Assembly: GCA_004322275.1 (NCBI GenBank) | Contig: SCTA01000027.1 | Span: 880-64,879, forward strand | Length of the DNA stretch: 64,000 nucleotides | Reading direction: 5' to 3' | Origin: a bacterium | Lineage (GTDB): Bacteria; Desulfobacterota; Deferrisomatia; Deferrisomatales; BM512 | Shown: in pieces, positions 19,311 through 27,714 of the stretch | Position numbering within the stretch: the stretch's first letter is position 1 | Layout: every line of letters starts with the position of its first letter | Notes under the pieces: model-generated | Told to the model about the DNA's origin: nothing | Databases searched by the model: none | Seen by the model: the letters and a program-made list of their open reading frames with translations, nothing else | Translations under genes and position numbers: made by a program

Positions 19311-19403
19311 TGGCGGAGAGAGAGGGATTCGAACCCTCGGTACCCGTATTTGGGTACACACGCTTAGCAGGCGTGCACCTTCGGCCGACTCGGTCATCTC
19401 TCC
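19311..19403 (-). tRNA. tRNA-Ser (anticodon GCT)
   Basis: The reverse complement is GGAGAGATGACCGAGTCGGCCGAAGGTGCACGCCTGCTAAGCGTG..long variable arm..GAGGGTTCGAATCCCTCTCTCTCCGCCA. The anticodon loop is CTGCTAA. Confidence 0.95.
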
Positions 19404-19443
19404 GCACAGGAGGGCGGAATATTACAGTTCGACTCCCGCCCCG

Positions 19444-20343
19444 TCAAGCCAGAATCTTAACCAGCGTTTCGCGAAGGCCGGTATGGTCGAAGGAAAAACC
19501 CGTGGCTTCGAGTTTCTCTGCGCTGGCCTTGTGGCTCAGCAGCACCAGATCGGCCATTTCTCCTACTACGAGGCGGGCGGCGAAGGAGGGGGGACGAAGC
19601 CTCGCGGGCGGGCCGAGCATCTCTTCTATAGCGCTTGTAATCTCTTTCTGGCGGGCGGGGTGAGGGGAGACGAGGTTGAAGATTCCCCTGGCCTCAGGAT
19701 TTTCCAGAAGGCTCCTGACGGCCCTCGCGAGGTCTTCGACGTGTATCCAGCTCATCCACTGCTTGCCGCTGCCCTCGGGAATCTTACGCGCCTTTTTCGC
19801 CTCGGTCACCAGAGGCGGAAGCGCCCCGCCCTCCTTGCCCAGCACCAGCCCGAAACGTCCGATGATTACCCTCGCCCCTTTTTTCTCGGCTGCGAGGGCG
19901 GCCTCCTCCCATTCGCGGGTGAGCTTCGCCAGAAAGTTGTCGCCGTAGGGTGAATTTTCGGTGAGAAGGTTTTCCCCGCCGTCGCCGTAGGCCCCCACCG
20001 CCGAGGCGCTGAAGAGGACAAAATCCTTTCCCTCCGGTATCGCCGCAACCACGTTTCGCGTCGCTTCGATCCTGCTTTCGCGAAGTAGCCTCTTCTTTTC
20101 CCGCGTCCATTTCTCGTTCAGCGGCTCTCCGGCGAGGTTTACGCATCCGTCGCAGGAGGCGAGGGTTTTCGTCCACTCTCCGGGAACCGTCGGGTTGCCG
20201 ATCAATATCTTTGACCCCGGAAAAGCGCTCCGGGCCGATTCCTCAGTCCGGCAGAGCGAAATGGTCTCGTGCCCCCCCCTGCCCAGTTCCCGCGCTATCT
20301 CTCGGCCAGTAAAACCCGAAGCTCCGGTGATGAATACCTTCAT
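19444..20343 (-). CDS. TIGR01777/YfcH-family NAD-dependent epimerase-like protein (SDR with DUF1731 C-terminus)
   Basis: MKVFITGASGFTGREIA Rossmann motif and a C-terminal GFSF segment typical of the family. The start is at the internal ATG 20343. Confidence 0.8.
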   Translation of the reverse strand: MKVFITGASGFTGREIARELGRGGHETISLCRTEESARSAFPGSKILIGNPTVPGEWTKTLASCDGCVNLAGEPLNEKWTREKKRLLRESRIEATRNVVAAIPEGKDFVLFSASAVGAYGDGGENLLTENSPYGDNFLAKLTREWEEAALAAEKKGARVIIGRFGLVLGKEGGALPPLVTEAKKARKIPEGSGKQWMSWIHVEDLARAVRSLLENPEARGIFNLVSPHPARQKEITSAIEEMLGPPARLRPPSFAARLVVGEMADLVLLSHKASAEKLEATGFSFDHTGLRETLVKILA

Positions 20344-20527
20344 TTTGATCGCCGCCTGTTCAGGTTTGGATTTGATAAGACTAGAAAAAGTAATGTTAGC
20401 ATAATTTTTCAAAGCGGGCCTCGTCACTCGCTAATTAACCCTTGCGGGACTCCGGGCTCCAATTACACTCTTTTGAGAAGAAAAATTTCCTGAAGCAAAG
20501 CATCGGCAACAAAGGGAAGGACGTCGC

Positions 20528-21331
20528 ATGATACGGGAACCGGTTGTCGCGGGCCAGTTTTACCCGGCGAAGGAAAAAGAGCTTCGGGTCTACCTCGAAA
20601 ACGAAATGGAGGCGGCGGGCCACGAGAAAGAGGCGCTCGGCATAATAGCCCCTCACGCCGGTTACTATTACTCGGGTAGCACGGCCGCGAAGGTCTTCGG
20701 CGCGGTGAAGATTACCCGCACCGTTCTCCTCCTCGGGCCGAATCACACCGGACACGGGCACAGGGCAGCCGTCTATCCCTCCGGCGCCTGGCGGACTCCT
20801 CTGGGCCTTGTCAGCGTCAACGAAGAGCTTGCGAGGATGGTGGAGGAATCGTCGAGGGTATTCACCTTCGACTTCACCGCCCACGCGCAGGAGCATTCAA
20901 TCGAGGTGCTTTTGCCCTTCCTGCAGGTGAGCCAGCCCGGCTTCGACATGGTCCCCATCTCCTTCATGCTAAGCGACGCTGGAGATATAAAAGAGGCCGG
21001 GGAAGCGCTCTACAGGGTAGTGACGGAATGGGGAGAGCCGCTGCTCATGGTTGTCTCCAGCGACATGACCCACTACGAATCGCAGGAAAACGCGATGAGG
21101 AAGGACGCCCTGGCCATAGCCCACATCGAGAAGATCGACCCGGAGGGACTACTTCGGACGGTAGCCTCCAGCAACATCTCGATGTGTGGGGTTATCCCCG
21201 CCGCCGTCATGCTTTACGCCGCAAGAAAACTCGGCGCTGTGAAAGGGGAGAAAGTGGCCTACTCCACCAGCGGAGAGAAGAGCGGGGATTTTCGCCATGT
21301 CGTGGGTTATGCGGGAATGGTAATTACCTGA
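20528..21331 (+). CDS. AmmeMemoRadiSam system protein B (Memo-like)
   Basis: N-terminus MIREPVVAGQFYP, then IAPHAGYYYSG and VVSSDMTHY, typical of the Memo/AmmeMemoRadiSam B family. Confidence 0.85.
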   Translation: MIREPVVAGQFYPAKEKELRVYLENEMEAAGHEKEALGIIAPHAGYYYSGSTAAKVFGAVKITRTVLLLGPNHTGHGHRAAVYPSGAWRTPLGLVSVNEELARMVEESSRVFTFDFTAHAQEHSIEVLLPFLQVSQPGFDMVPISFMLSDAGDIKEAGEALYRVVTEWGEPLLMVVSSDMTHYESQENAMRKDALAIAHIEKIDPEGLLRTVASSNISMCGVIPAAVMLYAARKLGAVKGEKVAYSTSGEKSGDFRHVVGYAGMVIT

Positions 21332-21374
21332 TTTTAAGGAAATGCCTCATTTTCAGGGAATGGGAAAAACCCGC

Positions 21375-21403
21375 TTGACTTCAAAACCCCGCTACTCTAT
21401 AAA
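21375..21403 (+). promoter_or_regulatory. sigma70-type promoter for the tRNA-Gln/tRNA-Glu pair
   Basis: TTGACT (21375-21380), a 17-nt spacer, TATAAA (21398-21403), 12 nt before the tRNA 5' end. Confidence 0.55.
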
Positions 21404-21415
21404 ATGCCTCCTCGT

Positions 21416-21489
21416 TGGGGGATCGTCCAATGGCAGGACTGCGGATTCTGATTCCGCCTATGAGGGTTCGAATCCTTCTCCCCCAGCCA
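21416..21489 (+). tRNA. tRNA-Gln (anticodon CTG)
   Basis: TGGGGGATCGTCCAATGGCAGGACTGCGGATTCTGATTCCGC...GAGGGTTCGAATCCTTCTCCCCCAGCCA. The anticodon loop is TTCTGAT. Confidence 0.95.
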
Positions 21490-21493
21490 AAAA

Positions 21494-21571
21494 GGTCTCT
21501 TCGTCTAGTCCGGCCTAGGACACCGGCCTCTCACGTCGGCGACACGGGTTCAAATCCCGTAGGGACCACCA
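21494..21571 (+). tRNA. tRNA-Glu (anticodon CTC)
   Basis: GGTCTCTTCGTCTAGTCCGGCCTAGGACACCGGCCTCTCACGTCGGCGACACGGGTTCAAATCCCGTAGGGACCACCA. The anticodon loop is CTCTCAC. Confidence 0.9.
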
Positions 21572-21578
21572 AACGAAC

Positions 21579-21619
21579 GCGCCCCATCGGCTTAATGCCG
21601 GTGGGGCGCTTTTGTTTTG
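21579..21619 (+). terminator. rho-independent terminator after tRNA-Glu
   Basis: gcgccccatcggc ttaat gccggtggggcgc followed by ttttgtttt. Confidence 0.7.
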
Positions 21620-21629
21620 TCGAAAGAGT

Positions 21630-21795
21630 GTAGGTCAGCTTGAGGAACGAAAGCTGACAATACATTGAATGTTCTGATTTTTGTTTTGAGTTTTCGTAAC
21701 GAATGGGGGGAACGATGAATTACCGGCGGGCTCGGATAGGGAAAAAGGAGAAACAGCTAAGGAATTGTCGGCTTTAGTTCCTCAAGCCGACCTAC
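21630..21795. repeat. REPIN-like element: two 30-nt GTAG-headed hairpin units in inverted orientation flanking a 106-nt spacer
   Basis: The left unit is gtaggtcagcttgaggaacgaaagctgaca (21630-21659). The right unit, reverse complement of 21766-21795, is gtaggtcggcttgaggaactaaagccgaca. They match at 27 of 30 positions, and two of the three differences are a compensatory A-T to G-C change in the 8-bp stem. Confidence 0.65.
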
Positions 21796-21803
21796 GCGAT
21801 TGA

Positions 21804-22484
21804 CTACGGGCTGACCTGTCTGTTGAGGGCGGCGCAAAGGAGCAGGAATACCGTTACGGCGTACACGGCGAGCCAGGCGCGCCATTCCTTGTGCTTTTTC
21901 AGCACCCTTCCGATGTCGTAGCTGGCGGGCTCTGGCGGCCAGTTCTCCAGCGAGGGGACAAACCTGGGGACTCTGGCGCAGTAGCCGAGGAACTCCTCAC
22001 CGTAAACCCCGAGAAGATACTTCTCTTCCTTGCGGACCAGCCCTGCGTAGACCAGCGGGAAGAGTACGGCCACGGCCGCTATGAGCACGGGACTTCCTGC
22101 CATGATCGTGATTCCGAGCCCCATGATGAAGCTGCCTACGTAAAGCGGGTTTCGCGTAAGCGCGTAGGGGCCGCAGGTGGCGAGCTCCTTGTTTTTGACT
22201 ATGACGCCGGAGGACCAGGCCCGTATCCCGGCTCCGAGTACGGCGGCGGGCAGCCCCAGCGCGATTGACCAGAGCGTCGGCCCCGCGCCGATGACCGCTT
22301 TTGGAAGCTGCGCAAGAAAGGGAAATCTGGAAGGCAGGGCCAGAATGGGCAGAAGAAGCCCGAAGAGAAAGCCTATAGTTACCCTATTGTTGACGAATAC
22401 CCTTTGGAACAGGCTGTTTTCGTTAAATTCGCCGACGTCGATTTCTTTTTGTTTGCCGCCGGCAAATTTAAGTCCCTGAATCAT
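21804..22484 (-). CDS. isoprenylcysteine carboxyl methyltransferase (ICMT/PEMT) family membrane methyltransferase
   Basis: Multi-TM protein with LATCGPYALTRNPLYVGSFIMGLG, typical of the family. Confidence 0.75.
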   Translation of the reverse strand: MIQGLKFAGGKQKEIDVGEFNENSLFQRVFVNNRVTIGFLFGLLLPILALPSRFPFLAQLPKAVIGAGPTLWSIALGLPAAVLGAGIRAWSSGVIVKNKELATCGPYALTRNPLYVGSFIMGLGITIMAGSPVLIAAVAVLFPLVYAGLVRKEEKYLLGVYGEEFLGYCARVPRFVPSLENWPPEPASYDIGRVLKKHKEWRAWLAVYAVTVFLLLCAALNRQVSP

Positions 22485-22610
22485 TTGATAAAAGCCCCCG
22501 CAAAAGAAAAAAAACGGTACGATAGACTCTTTGCCGCCTTATTGACGCTGGCCGCTGATGCAATGACTTGCAATTATAACGCTCTCAACCGTTTTTACAA
22601 CTCCGGCAAC

Positions 22611-22651
22611 AAAAAATCCCTTCCTCTTGACAGAGGAAGGGGCGCTTTTTT
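22611..22651 (-). terminator. rho-independent terminator downstream of glnS
   Basis: On the minus strand: cccttcctct gtca agaggaaggg followed by atttttt. A- and T-runs on both sides allow bidirectional function. Confidence 0.6.
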
Positions 22652-22689
22652 GTCTCGGTTGCCTGGTGTTACGGCTTTACTTGATTTCT

Positions 22690-24387
22690 TCAGCCCTGTT
22701 TGACTGCTTTCGCCCAGGAATCGCGCAGGGTGACGATGCGGTTGAATACCGGCGCTTGGGGGGTGTGGAGCTTTCTGTCGGCCACGAAGTAGCCGAGCCG
22801 CTCGAACTGGACTCTCGTTTCGGGTTCGACTTCCGCAAGAGAAGGCTCCAGCTTGCAGTGCGTGACGGTTTCGAGGGAGTCTTTGTTGAGGTAGTCGGTG
22901 TATTTCTCGTCGCTTTTGAGGGCGCCGGGGTTTTGTATGCCAAAGAGTCTGTCGTAGAGGCGGACGGTCGCGTCTATGGCCTTTGCCGCGCTTACCCAAT
23001 GAATCGTCGCCTTTACCTTCCTGCCGTCGGGCGCGTCGCCGCCCCTCGTGGCGGGGTCGTAGGTGCAGCGGAGCTCTACTATCTCGCCCTTCTCGTCCTT
23101 TACCACCTCTTCGCACTTGATGAAAAAGGCGTAGCGCAGGCGAACCTCTTTGCCGGGGCTCAGACGGAAGAACTTCGGCGGCGGATTCTCCATGAAATCT
23201 TCCCGCTCGATATAAAGTTCTCTGCCGAAGGGTATCTTACGCGAACCGGACTCGGGTTTTTCGGGGTTGTTTACGGCTTCGAGGTATTCGGTCTGCCCCT
23301 CGGGGTAGTTGGTAAGCACTACCTTTAGCGGCTTTAGCACCGCCATCCTGCGCTCGGCCCTTGCGTTCAGGTCTTCCCGCAGGCAGTGTTCGAGGAGCGC
23401 CATGTCCACGAGGCTGTCTTTTTTCGCTACTCCTATTCTGTCGCAGAAGTCCCTTATCGACTCGGGAGTGTAGCCCCGGCGGCGAAACCCCGCGATGGTG
23501 GGCATTCTCGGGTCGTCCCAGCCTTCCACGAGTTTTCCGGTGACCAGCTCGATCAGCTTTCTCTTGGAGAGAACGGTGTGGCTGAGATTCAGCCTCGCGA
23601 ACTCGATCTGGCGGGGAGGGGAGGGGAATTCGTCCTTCAACCCCTCGACGAACCAGTCGTAAAGGGGCCTGTGATCCTCGAACTCAAGGGTGCAGATGGA
23701 GTGAGTGATTCCCTCCAGAGCGTCGGACTCGCCGTGCGCCCAATCGTACATCGGGTAGATGCACCACTTGTCGCCGGTGCGGTGGTGGGTGGCCCTAAGG
23801 ATGCGGTACATGATCGGATCGCGCATGTTTACGTTGCCGCTGGACATATCTATCTTCGCGCGAAGGACGTAAGCGCCGTCGGGGAACTCGCCGTTTTTCA
23901 TCTTCTCAAAAAGGTCGAGGTTTTCTTCAATTGCGCGGTTTCTGTAAGGGCTTTCTTTGCCGGGCTCGGTGAGCGTGCCCCTCGTCTGGCGTATCTCGTC
24001 GGCGGTAAGAGAGTCCACATAGGCTTTGCCCTGCTTTATGAAATGGACGGCGAAGCGGTAAAGGTCGTCGAAGTAGTCCGAAGCGTAGAAGAGGTTGGTC
24101 CAGTCGAAGCCTACCCAGCGCACGTCCTCCATTATCGAATCGACGTACTCCTGCTCTTCCTTGGCGGGGTTCGTGTCGTCAAAGCGCAGGTTGCAGGTGC
24201 CGCCAAAGTCGCGGGCTATGCCGAAATTGAGGCAGATGGACTTGGCGTGGCCGATGTGGAGGTAGCCGTTGGGCTCGGGAGGGAACCGCGTGGCGACCCT
24301 GCCGTCGTTCTTGCCGGCTTTCCTGTCCTCCTCGATGATCCTGTATATGAAATTGGATGATTCCAAAGGCTCGTTTACGGACATCAC
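22690..24387 (-). CDS. glnS: glutamine--tRNA ligase
   Basis: HIGH region [14 protein letters not shown], a KMSKS-like VLSKRKL, and [13 protein letters not shown] at the N-terminus. 565 aa. Confidence 0.95.
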   Translation of the reverse strand: MMSVNEPLESSNFIYRIIEEDRKAGKNDGRVATRFPPEPNGYLHIGHAKSICLNFGIARDFGGTCNLRFDDTNPAKEEQEYVDSIMEDVRWVGFDWTNLFYASDYFDDLYRFAVHFIKQGKAYVDSLTADEIRQTRGTLTEPGKESPYRNRAIEENLDLFEKMKNGEFPDGAYVLRAKIDMSSGNVNMRDPIMYRILRATHHRTGDKWCIYPMYDWAHGESDALEGITHSICTLEFEDHRPLYDWFVEGLKDEFPSPPRQIEFARLNLSHTVLSKRKLIELVTGKLVEGWDDPRMPTIAGFRRRGYTPESIRDFCDRIGVAKKDSLVDMALLEHCLREDLNARAERRMAVLKPLKVVLTNYPEGQTEYLEAVNNPEKPESGSRKIPFGRELYIEREDFMENPPPKFFRLSPGKEVRLRYAFFIKCEEVVKDEKGEIVELRCTYDPATRGGDAPDGRKVKATIHWVSAAKAIDATVRLYDRLFGIQNPGALKSDEKYTDYLNKDSLETVTHCKLEPSLAEVEPETRVQFERLGYFVADRKLHTPQAPVFNRIVTLRDSWAKAVKQG

Positions 24388-24479
24388 GATTTCCTTTCGA
24401 TGCAGGTATTAACCAATCGGGTAAGTCTATCACAAGTGCAATATCGGGTAATCACCCCGTTAAAAAAATCGGAAAATTT

Positions 24480-25160
24480 TCATTTTTTGAGCAATAAATA
24501 GCGTTCCCGGACCCTTCCGAGGCTTGAAAGCAGGTTCGACTTGATTCCGCTGTGCTCCCCCTCCAGTCCGTCAAGCAGTTTCCTGACCGTCTCCCTCCTG
24601 AAATCCGGAGGAAAACACGGGCGCGAAGAAGTGTCGCAGGGGAAACCGGCTACGGCGGCGTAATCCTGAATCTCTCTCCAAAACACCCGGCAAAGCGGGC
24701 GGATAAAGGCGATGTTGCATCCCACGGTCTCGAAGGGCGGCAGGGTTTTAATCTCACCTTCAAAAAATTCGGACACAAGGAGGGTCTCCACGAGGTCGTC
24801 GGCGTTGTGTCCGAGGGCTATCCTGTTGAAACCTCCGCTATCGGCGGTCTCGTAAAGGATGTTTTGCATATCGTAGGGGGAAGGAAATTCAACGCCGGGG
24901 CAGCTAACGCCTGTGACCTGGCAGTGTTCCCTGAGGGGGGAAAGGTCGAAGCCGGGGTGGTGGAGGGTGACCGCCGAGAGGGTGAAGCGTACAGGGGACT
25001 TGCTTTTGAGTTTTTCAAGGGCGTGGAGCAATGACCATGAGCTTTCGCCGCCCGAAAGGGCGACGAGCACCCTGTCGCCCTCGCTTATCATCTTAAAATC
25101 GCTGATAGCCCGCCCGGTCTTCCGGGTGATTTTTCCGAGCAGTCTGCCGGGGAGTTCCAT
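24480..25160 (-). CDS. PP-loop ATPase (TtcA/TilS-like adenine-nucleotide alpha-hydrolase)
   Basis: VLVALSGGESS PP-loop motif and GHNADDLVETLL, typical of TtcA-like enzymes. Confidence 0.7.
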   Translation of the reverse strand: MELPGRLLGKITRKTGRAISDFKMISEGDRVLVALSGGESSWSLLHALEKLKSKSPVRFTLSAVTLHHPGFDLSPLREHCQVTGVSCPGVEFPSPYDMQNILYETADSGGFNRIALGHNADDLVETLLVSEFFEGEIKTLPPFETVGCNIAFIRPLCRVFWREIQDYAAVAGFPCDTSSRPCFPPDFRRETVRKLLDGLEGEHSGIKSNLLSSLGRVRERYLLLKK

Positions 25161-25163
25161 AAC

Positions 25164-26153
25164 CTAAAAAAACGCTCTGGTGCCCAGCATCTCGACAAAA
25201 CTCTCGATGCGCGTTTTGGTGCGGGCATCCAGAGGCATGGGACGGTCGCCCTCTATCGTCAAAACAGGTACGCCGAGAGTCTTGCGGAAAATTACGTCCT
25301 CCATCTGGCGAAAACAGAAGGACTGGACGTAGTGGATTATCCCGTCGATTTTCCTTCGGGCGGTTTCCTTTTTTATGTCCTCTATCCGGCCGAAAACGTC
25401 ATAGGGGTAGGTGAATTTCGAGTAAGCGCCGACAAGGGAATCCTCGAAGTAGGGGAGTGAGAACTGGCGCTGCACCTCGTTGAAGACGACCCTCGCCCCT
25501 ATCCCTTCGATGTAGTCGTAGAAATCGTCGTAAACGGTGGGGACGCCGATGTAGCCGAGCCGGATATCCTCTTTCAGGGGGCCCCTCGCGGCGGCTTCCT
25601 TTATAAAGTCCTCGACCACCCGCGAATAGTTTTCCGGGTCGGAGAGAAAATCGCTGGCCGAGACGAGATGCAGGTGGTTTTCAAAGCCGGTGACCTTGTT
25701 CTCCTCCCAGGTCAGGCGGTCTACCTCACTGGCAAGTTTCCGGGGTGCGTCGAGGTGCTTCTTCCACTCCTCGGCGCTCTTTATATCCGTTCCGAGTCTG
25801 GAACAGAGACGCTCTATCTCACTCCGGAGCGTCTCGGGCGAACGGTCGTAGGGGTAGGCGAAGGGGAAAGTCTTCATCCCTTCAAACTGGAGTATCTCTA
25901 TAAGGGCCTGGGTGTTGGAGCAGTCGCCCGCCATGACTCCTACCACGCCTTCAACCTTCTCGTCGCGGGCGGCGGAGTAGATTCCTTTTATCCAGCCGCA
26001 GCAGGTGCCGGGAAATCCGGCTATTTCCGCCGCTTCGATCCATTCCCTCCGCTTTTTGGAAGTTATGAAAACATTGTTGAGATCGACGGGCGTATTGCCC
26101 GAGGCGAAGATAGCCTCGACGGGAATTGTCGTGGTGATGCCGATTTTTCCCAA
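25164..26153 (-). CDS. 2-hydroxyacyl-CoA dehydratase family protein (HgdB/BcrC/BadD-like)
   Basis: 329 aa. N-terminus GITTTIPVEAIFASGNTPVDL plus conserved Cys (GTCCGWIKG, GDCSN), characteristic of the family. Confidence 0.7.
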   Translation of the reverse strand: MGKIGITTTIPVEAIFASGNTPVDLNNVFITSKKRREWIEAAEIAGFPGTCCGWIKGIYSAARDEKVEGVVGVMAGDCSNTQALIEILQFEGMKTFPFAYPYDRSPETLRSEIERLCSRLGTDIKSAEEWKKHLDAPRKLASEVDRLTWEENKVTGFENHLHLVSASDFLSDPENYSRVVEDFIKEAAARGPLKEDIRLGYIGVPTVYDDFYDYIEGIGARVVFNEVQRQFSLPYFEDSLVGAYSKFTYPYDVFGRIEDIKKETARRKIDGIIHYVQSFCFRQMEDVIFRKTLGVPVLTIEGDRPMPLDARTKTRIESFVEMLGTRAFF

Positions 26154-26157
26154 GGTC

Positions 26158-26475
26158 TCACTCGTCTTTTATGAAGCCGGTGTAGATGACGTAGGCGGAG
26201 AGGGCTATGGTAGCGCCAAGGAAGATGAAGATGGTCGCATTCGGAGCGCCTGTGTCGGTCAAAGTATATTTTGCGATGACTACCCCCGACATCACGAGGA
26301 CCAGCAGCAGAAAGATCAGGCGCTGCTTCATCATCACCATGAGGATCAGGAACGCGATGAAGATGCCGACTCCGGTGGGGCTGGTGATGTACTCCATCAG
26401 CCTTTCATTGTTGAAATTTTCAAGAGAGGAGGAGGCCTCCCCACTGGAGAAAAACTCTGAGATGGAATCAAACAT
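26158..26475 (-). CDS. small membrane protein, unknown function
   Basis: 105 aa with roughly three hydrophobic helices. Its stop lies 4 nt from the HgdB-like start. Confidence 0.5.
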   Translation of the reverse strand: MFDSISEFFSSGEASSSLENFNNERLMEYITSPTGVGIFIAFLILMVMMKQRLIFLLLVLVMSGVVIAKYTLTDTGAPNATIFIFLGATIALSAYVIYTGFIKDE

Positions 26476-26572
26476 GTCCTGCTCCTTATTCTGGCTTGAA
26501 CACTGGAACTATACCAAAAAAACGAAGTGCGGGCCATAATTCTAAGGTCTTCGCCGTTTGGTATTTTCAGAA

Positions 26573-26599
26573 TAAAAAAAGCCGGACGCGAAGTCCGGC
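26573..26599 (-). terminator. rho-independent terminator after rpmB
   Basis: On the minus strand: gccggac ttcgc gtccggc followed by tttttttt, about 25 nt past the rpmB stop. Confidence 0.7.
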
Positions 26600-26624
26600 T
26601 TTCAGGATGGATTTTTTGTGTTCT

Positions 26625-26816
26625 TCAGGCGGCTTTTTCGATCTTGCCCGAGCGGATGCATCTGGTGCAGACGCGAATCTGCCTTGCGCCCTTGTCGGTC
26701 TTGACGCGGACGTTCTGAAGATTGGGGTTTAAGATGCGCTTGGTCTTGTTGTTTGCGTGGCTGACGTTGTTCCCTACCGAGGGCCCCTTGCCACAGATTT
26801 CGCACTTCCTGGACAT
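26625..26816 (-). CDS. rpmB: 50S ribosomal protein L28
   Basis: [27 protein letters not shown].. is the canonical L28 N-terminus. 63 aa. Confidence 0.95.
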   Translation of the reverse strand: MSRKCEICGKGPSVGNNVSHANNKTKRILNPNLQNVRVKTDKGARQIRVCTRCIRSGKIEKAA

Positions 26817-26917
26817 CTCTATTTCCTCCTCAACGGGTACTGACTTTTTGGAGCGGCCTTAGTAACACGGGTTGCGGGGCTTTTGCAAGAAAAAATGGTA
26901 ATCCCGGGCGGCTGTTC

Positions 26918-27679
26918 CTAAAAAGGATTCCACCAGCTCTTCTTCTCCGCGCCGAGCCTGTACTGTCGCTTGCCGCTCTTGAAATCCCCGAGCTGGTCTT
27001 CGAGCTCTATGATACGCTTTTCCTTCTCCTTGACCTGCTGGCGGAGGGTCTGCACCTGCTCTTTTAGTTTTTTTATTACCGTGTCGCGGGCGTCGGAGCC
27101 CGAGATGGCTGATTTCAGGTTGCGTATGGCGGGGGACTCGTTGGAGGTCTCCTCCGCCGGGGGTATTTCGCCTGTTTCCGCGACAAGCGGCTGCGCGGAT
27201 TGATCGGGCGCGGGCGCGGGGTGAAAATCCCTTGAATAATGTTTCAGGCGAAGGTGAAGGTTTGGCGGCAGGCGAAGAGCTACCGGCTGGCCGACGGAAT
27301 ATTTGCCCTCAACCATCGCGCAGGGATGAAAATGGAAAACTACGGAGTCGATGAGCGCCTGCAGGAAAGCAACGTCTTCGCTGTTTTTCGTGTGGAATAC
27401 TATATCGCAGGCCACCGGTTCGGCAGGGATGTCGTAGATTAGAAGGGTGACCACGAGGCATCCTTCTTCGCTTTGGACAATCTCTATTCCCAGTTCGGCT
27501 TCCGAGGCCTTTTTGAGGTCGGGCACCTTTATCAGGAAATGAGGTCTTCCGGAGCGGTCAATCTCTCGAAGGTATTGCTGTCTATCGAGTAGTTCTGCGG
27601 CTTCCCTGCTGATCTCTAGCATCGTTCCCTGACAGGACGGCGCAATGGGCCGATCCGAAGTGATGGATTCGCCGTGCAA
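26918..27679 (-). CDS. hypothetical protein with a C-terminal coiled coil
   Basis: No motif recognised. The C-terminal heptad-like segment is KKLKEQVQTLRQQVKEKEKRIIELEDQL and the protein ends in KKSWWNPF. An alternative start is the ATG at 27622 (MLEISRE). Confidence 0.5.
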   Translation of the reverse strand: MHGESITSDRPIAPSCQGTMLEISREAAELLDRQQYLREIDRSGRPHFLIKVPDLKKASEAELGIEIVQSEEGCLVVTLLIYDIPAEPVACDIVFHTKNSEDVAFLQALIDSVVFHFHPCAMVEGKYSVGQPVALRLPPNLHLRLKHYSRDFHPAPAPDQSAQPLVAETGEIPPAEETSNESPAIRNLKSAISGSDARDTVIKKLKEQVQTLRQQVKEKEKRIIELEDQLGDFKSGKRQYRLGAEKKSWWNPF

Positions 27680-27714
27680 AGCCGGGTGATATTACCGCTA
27701 AATTTGCAGACGTT

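Noticed and set aside
21415-21633. 72-aa plus-strand ORF
   Set aside because: It is simply the translation of tRNA-Gln, tRNA-Glu and their terminator.
22490-22505. 16-nt identity (aaaagcccccgcaaaa) with 30181-30196
   Set aside because: At 30181 it is the 5' arm and loop of a hairpin, but at 22490 the 3' arm is missing. It is a low-complexity sequence, most likely coincidence or a decayed terminator rather than a repeat family.
23386-24360. 324-aa plus-strand ORF
   Set aside because: It is antisense to glnS, which has HIGH and KMSKS-like motifs on the minus strand.
24416-24451. Direct 9-mer repeat atcgggtaa (24416-24424 and 24443-24451) upstream of glnS
   Set aside because: It is too short, with only two copies. 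No T-box or other leader structure is recognisable, so it stays an unverified possible operator.
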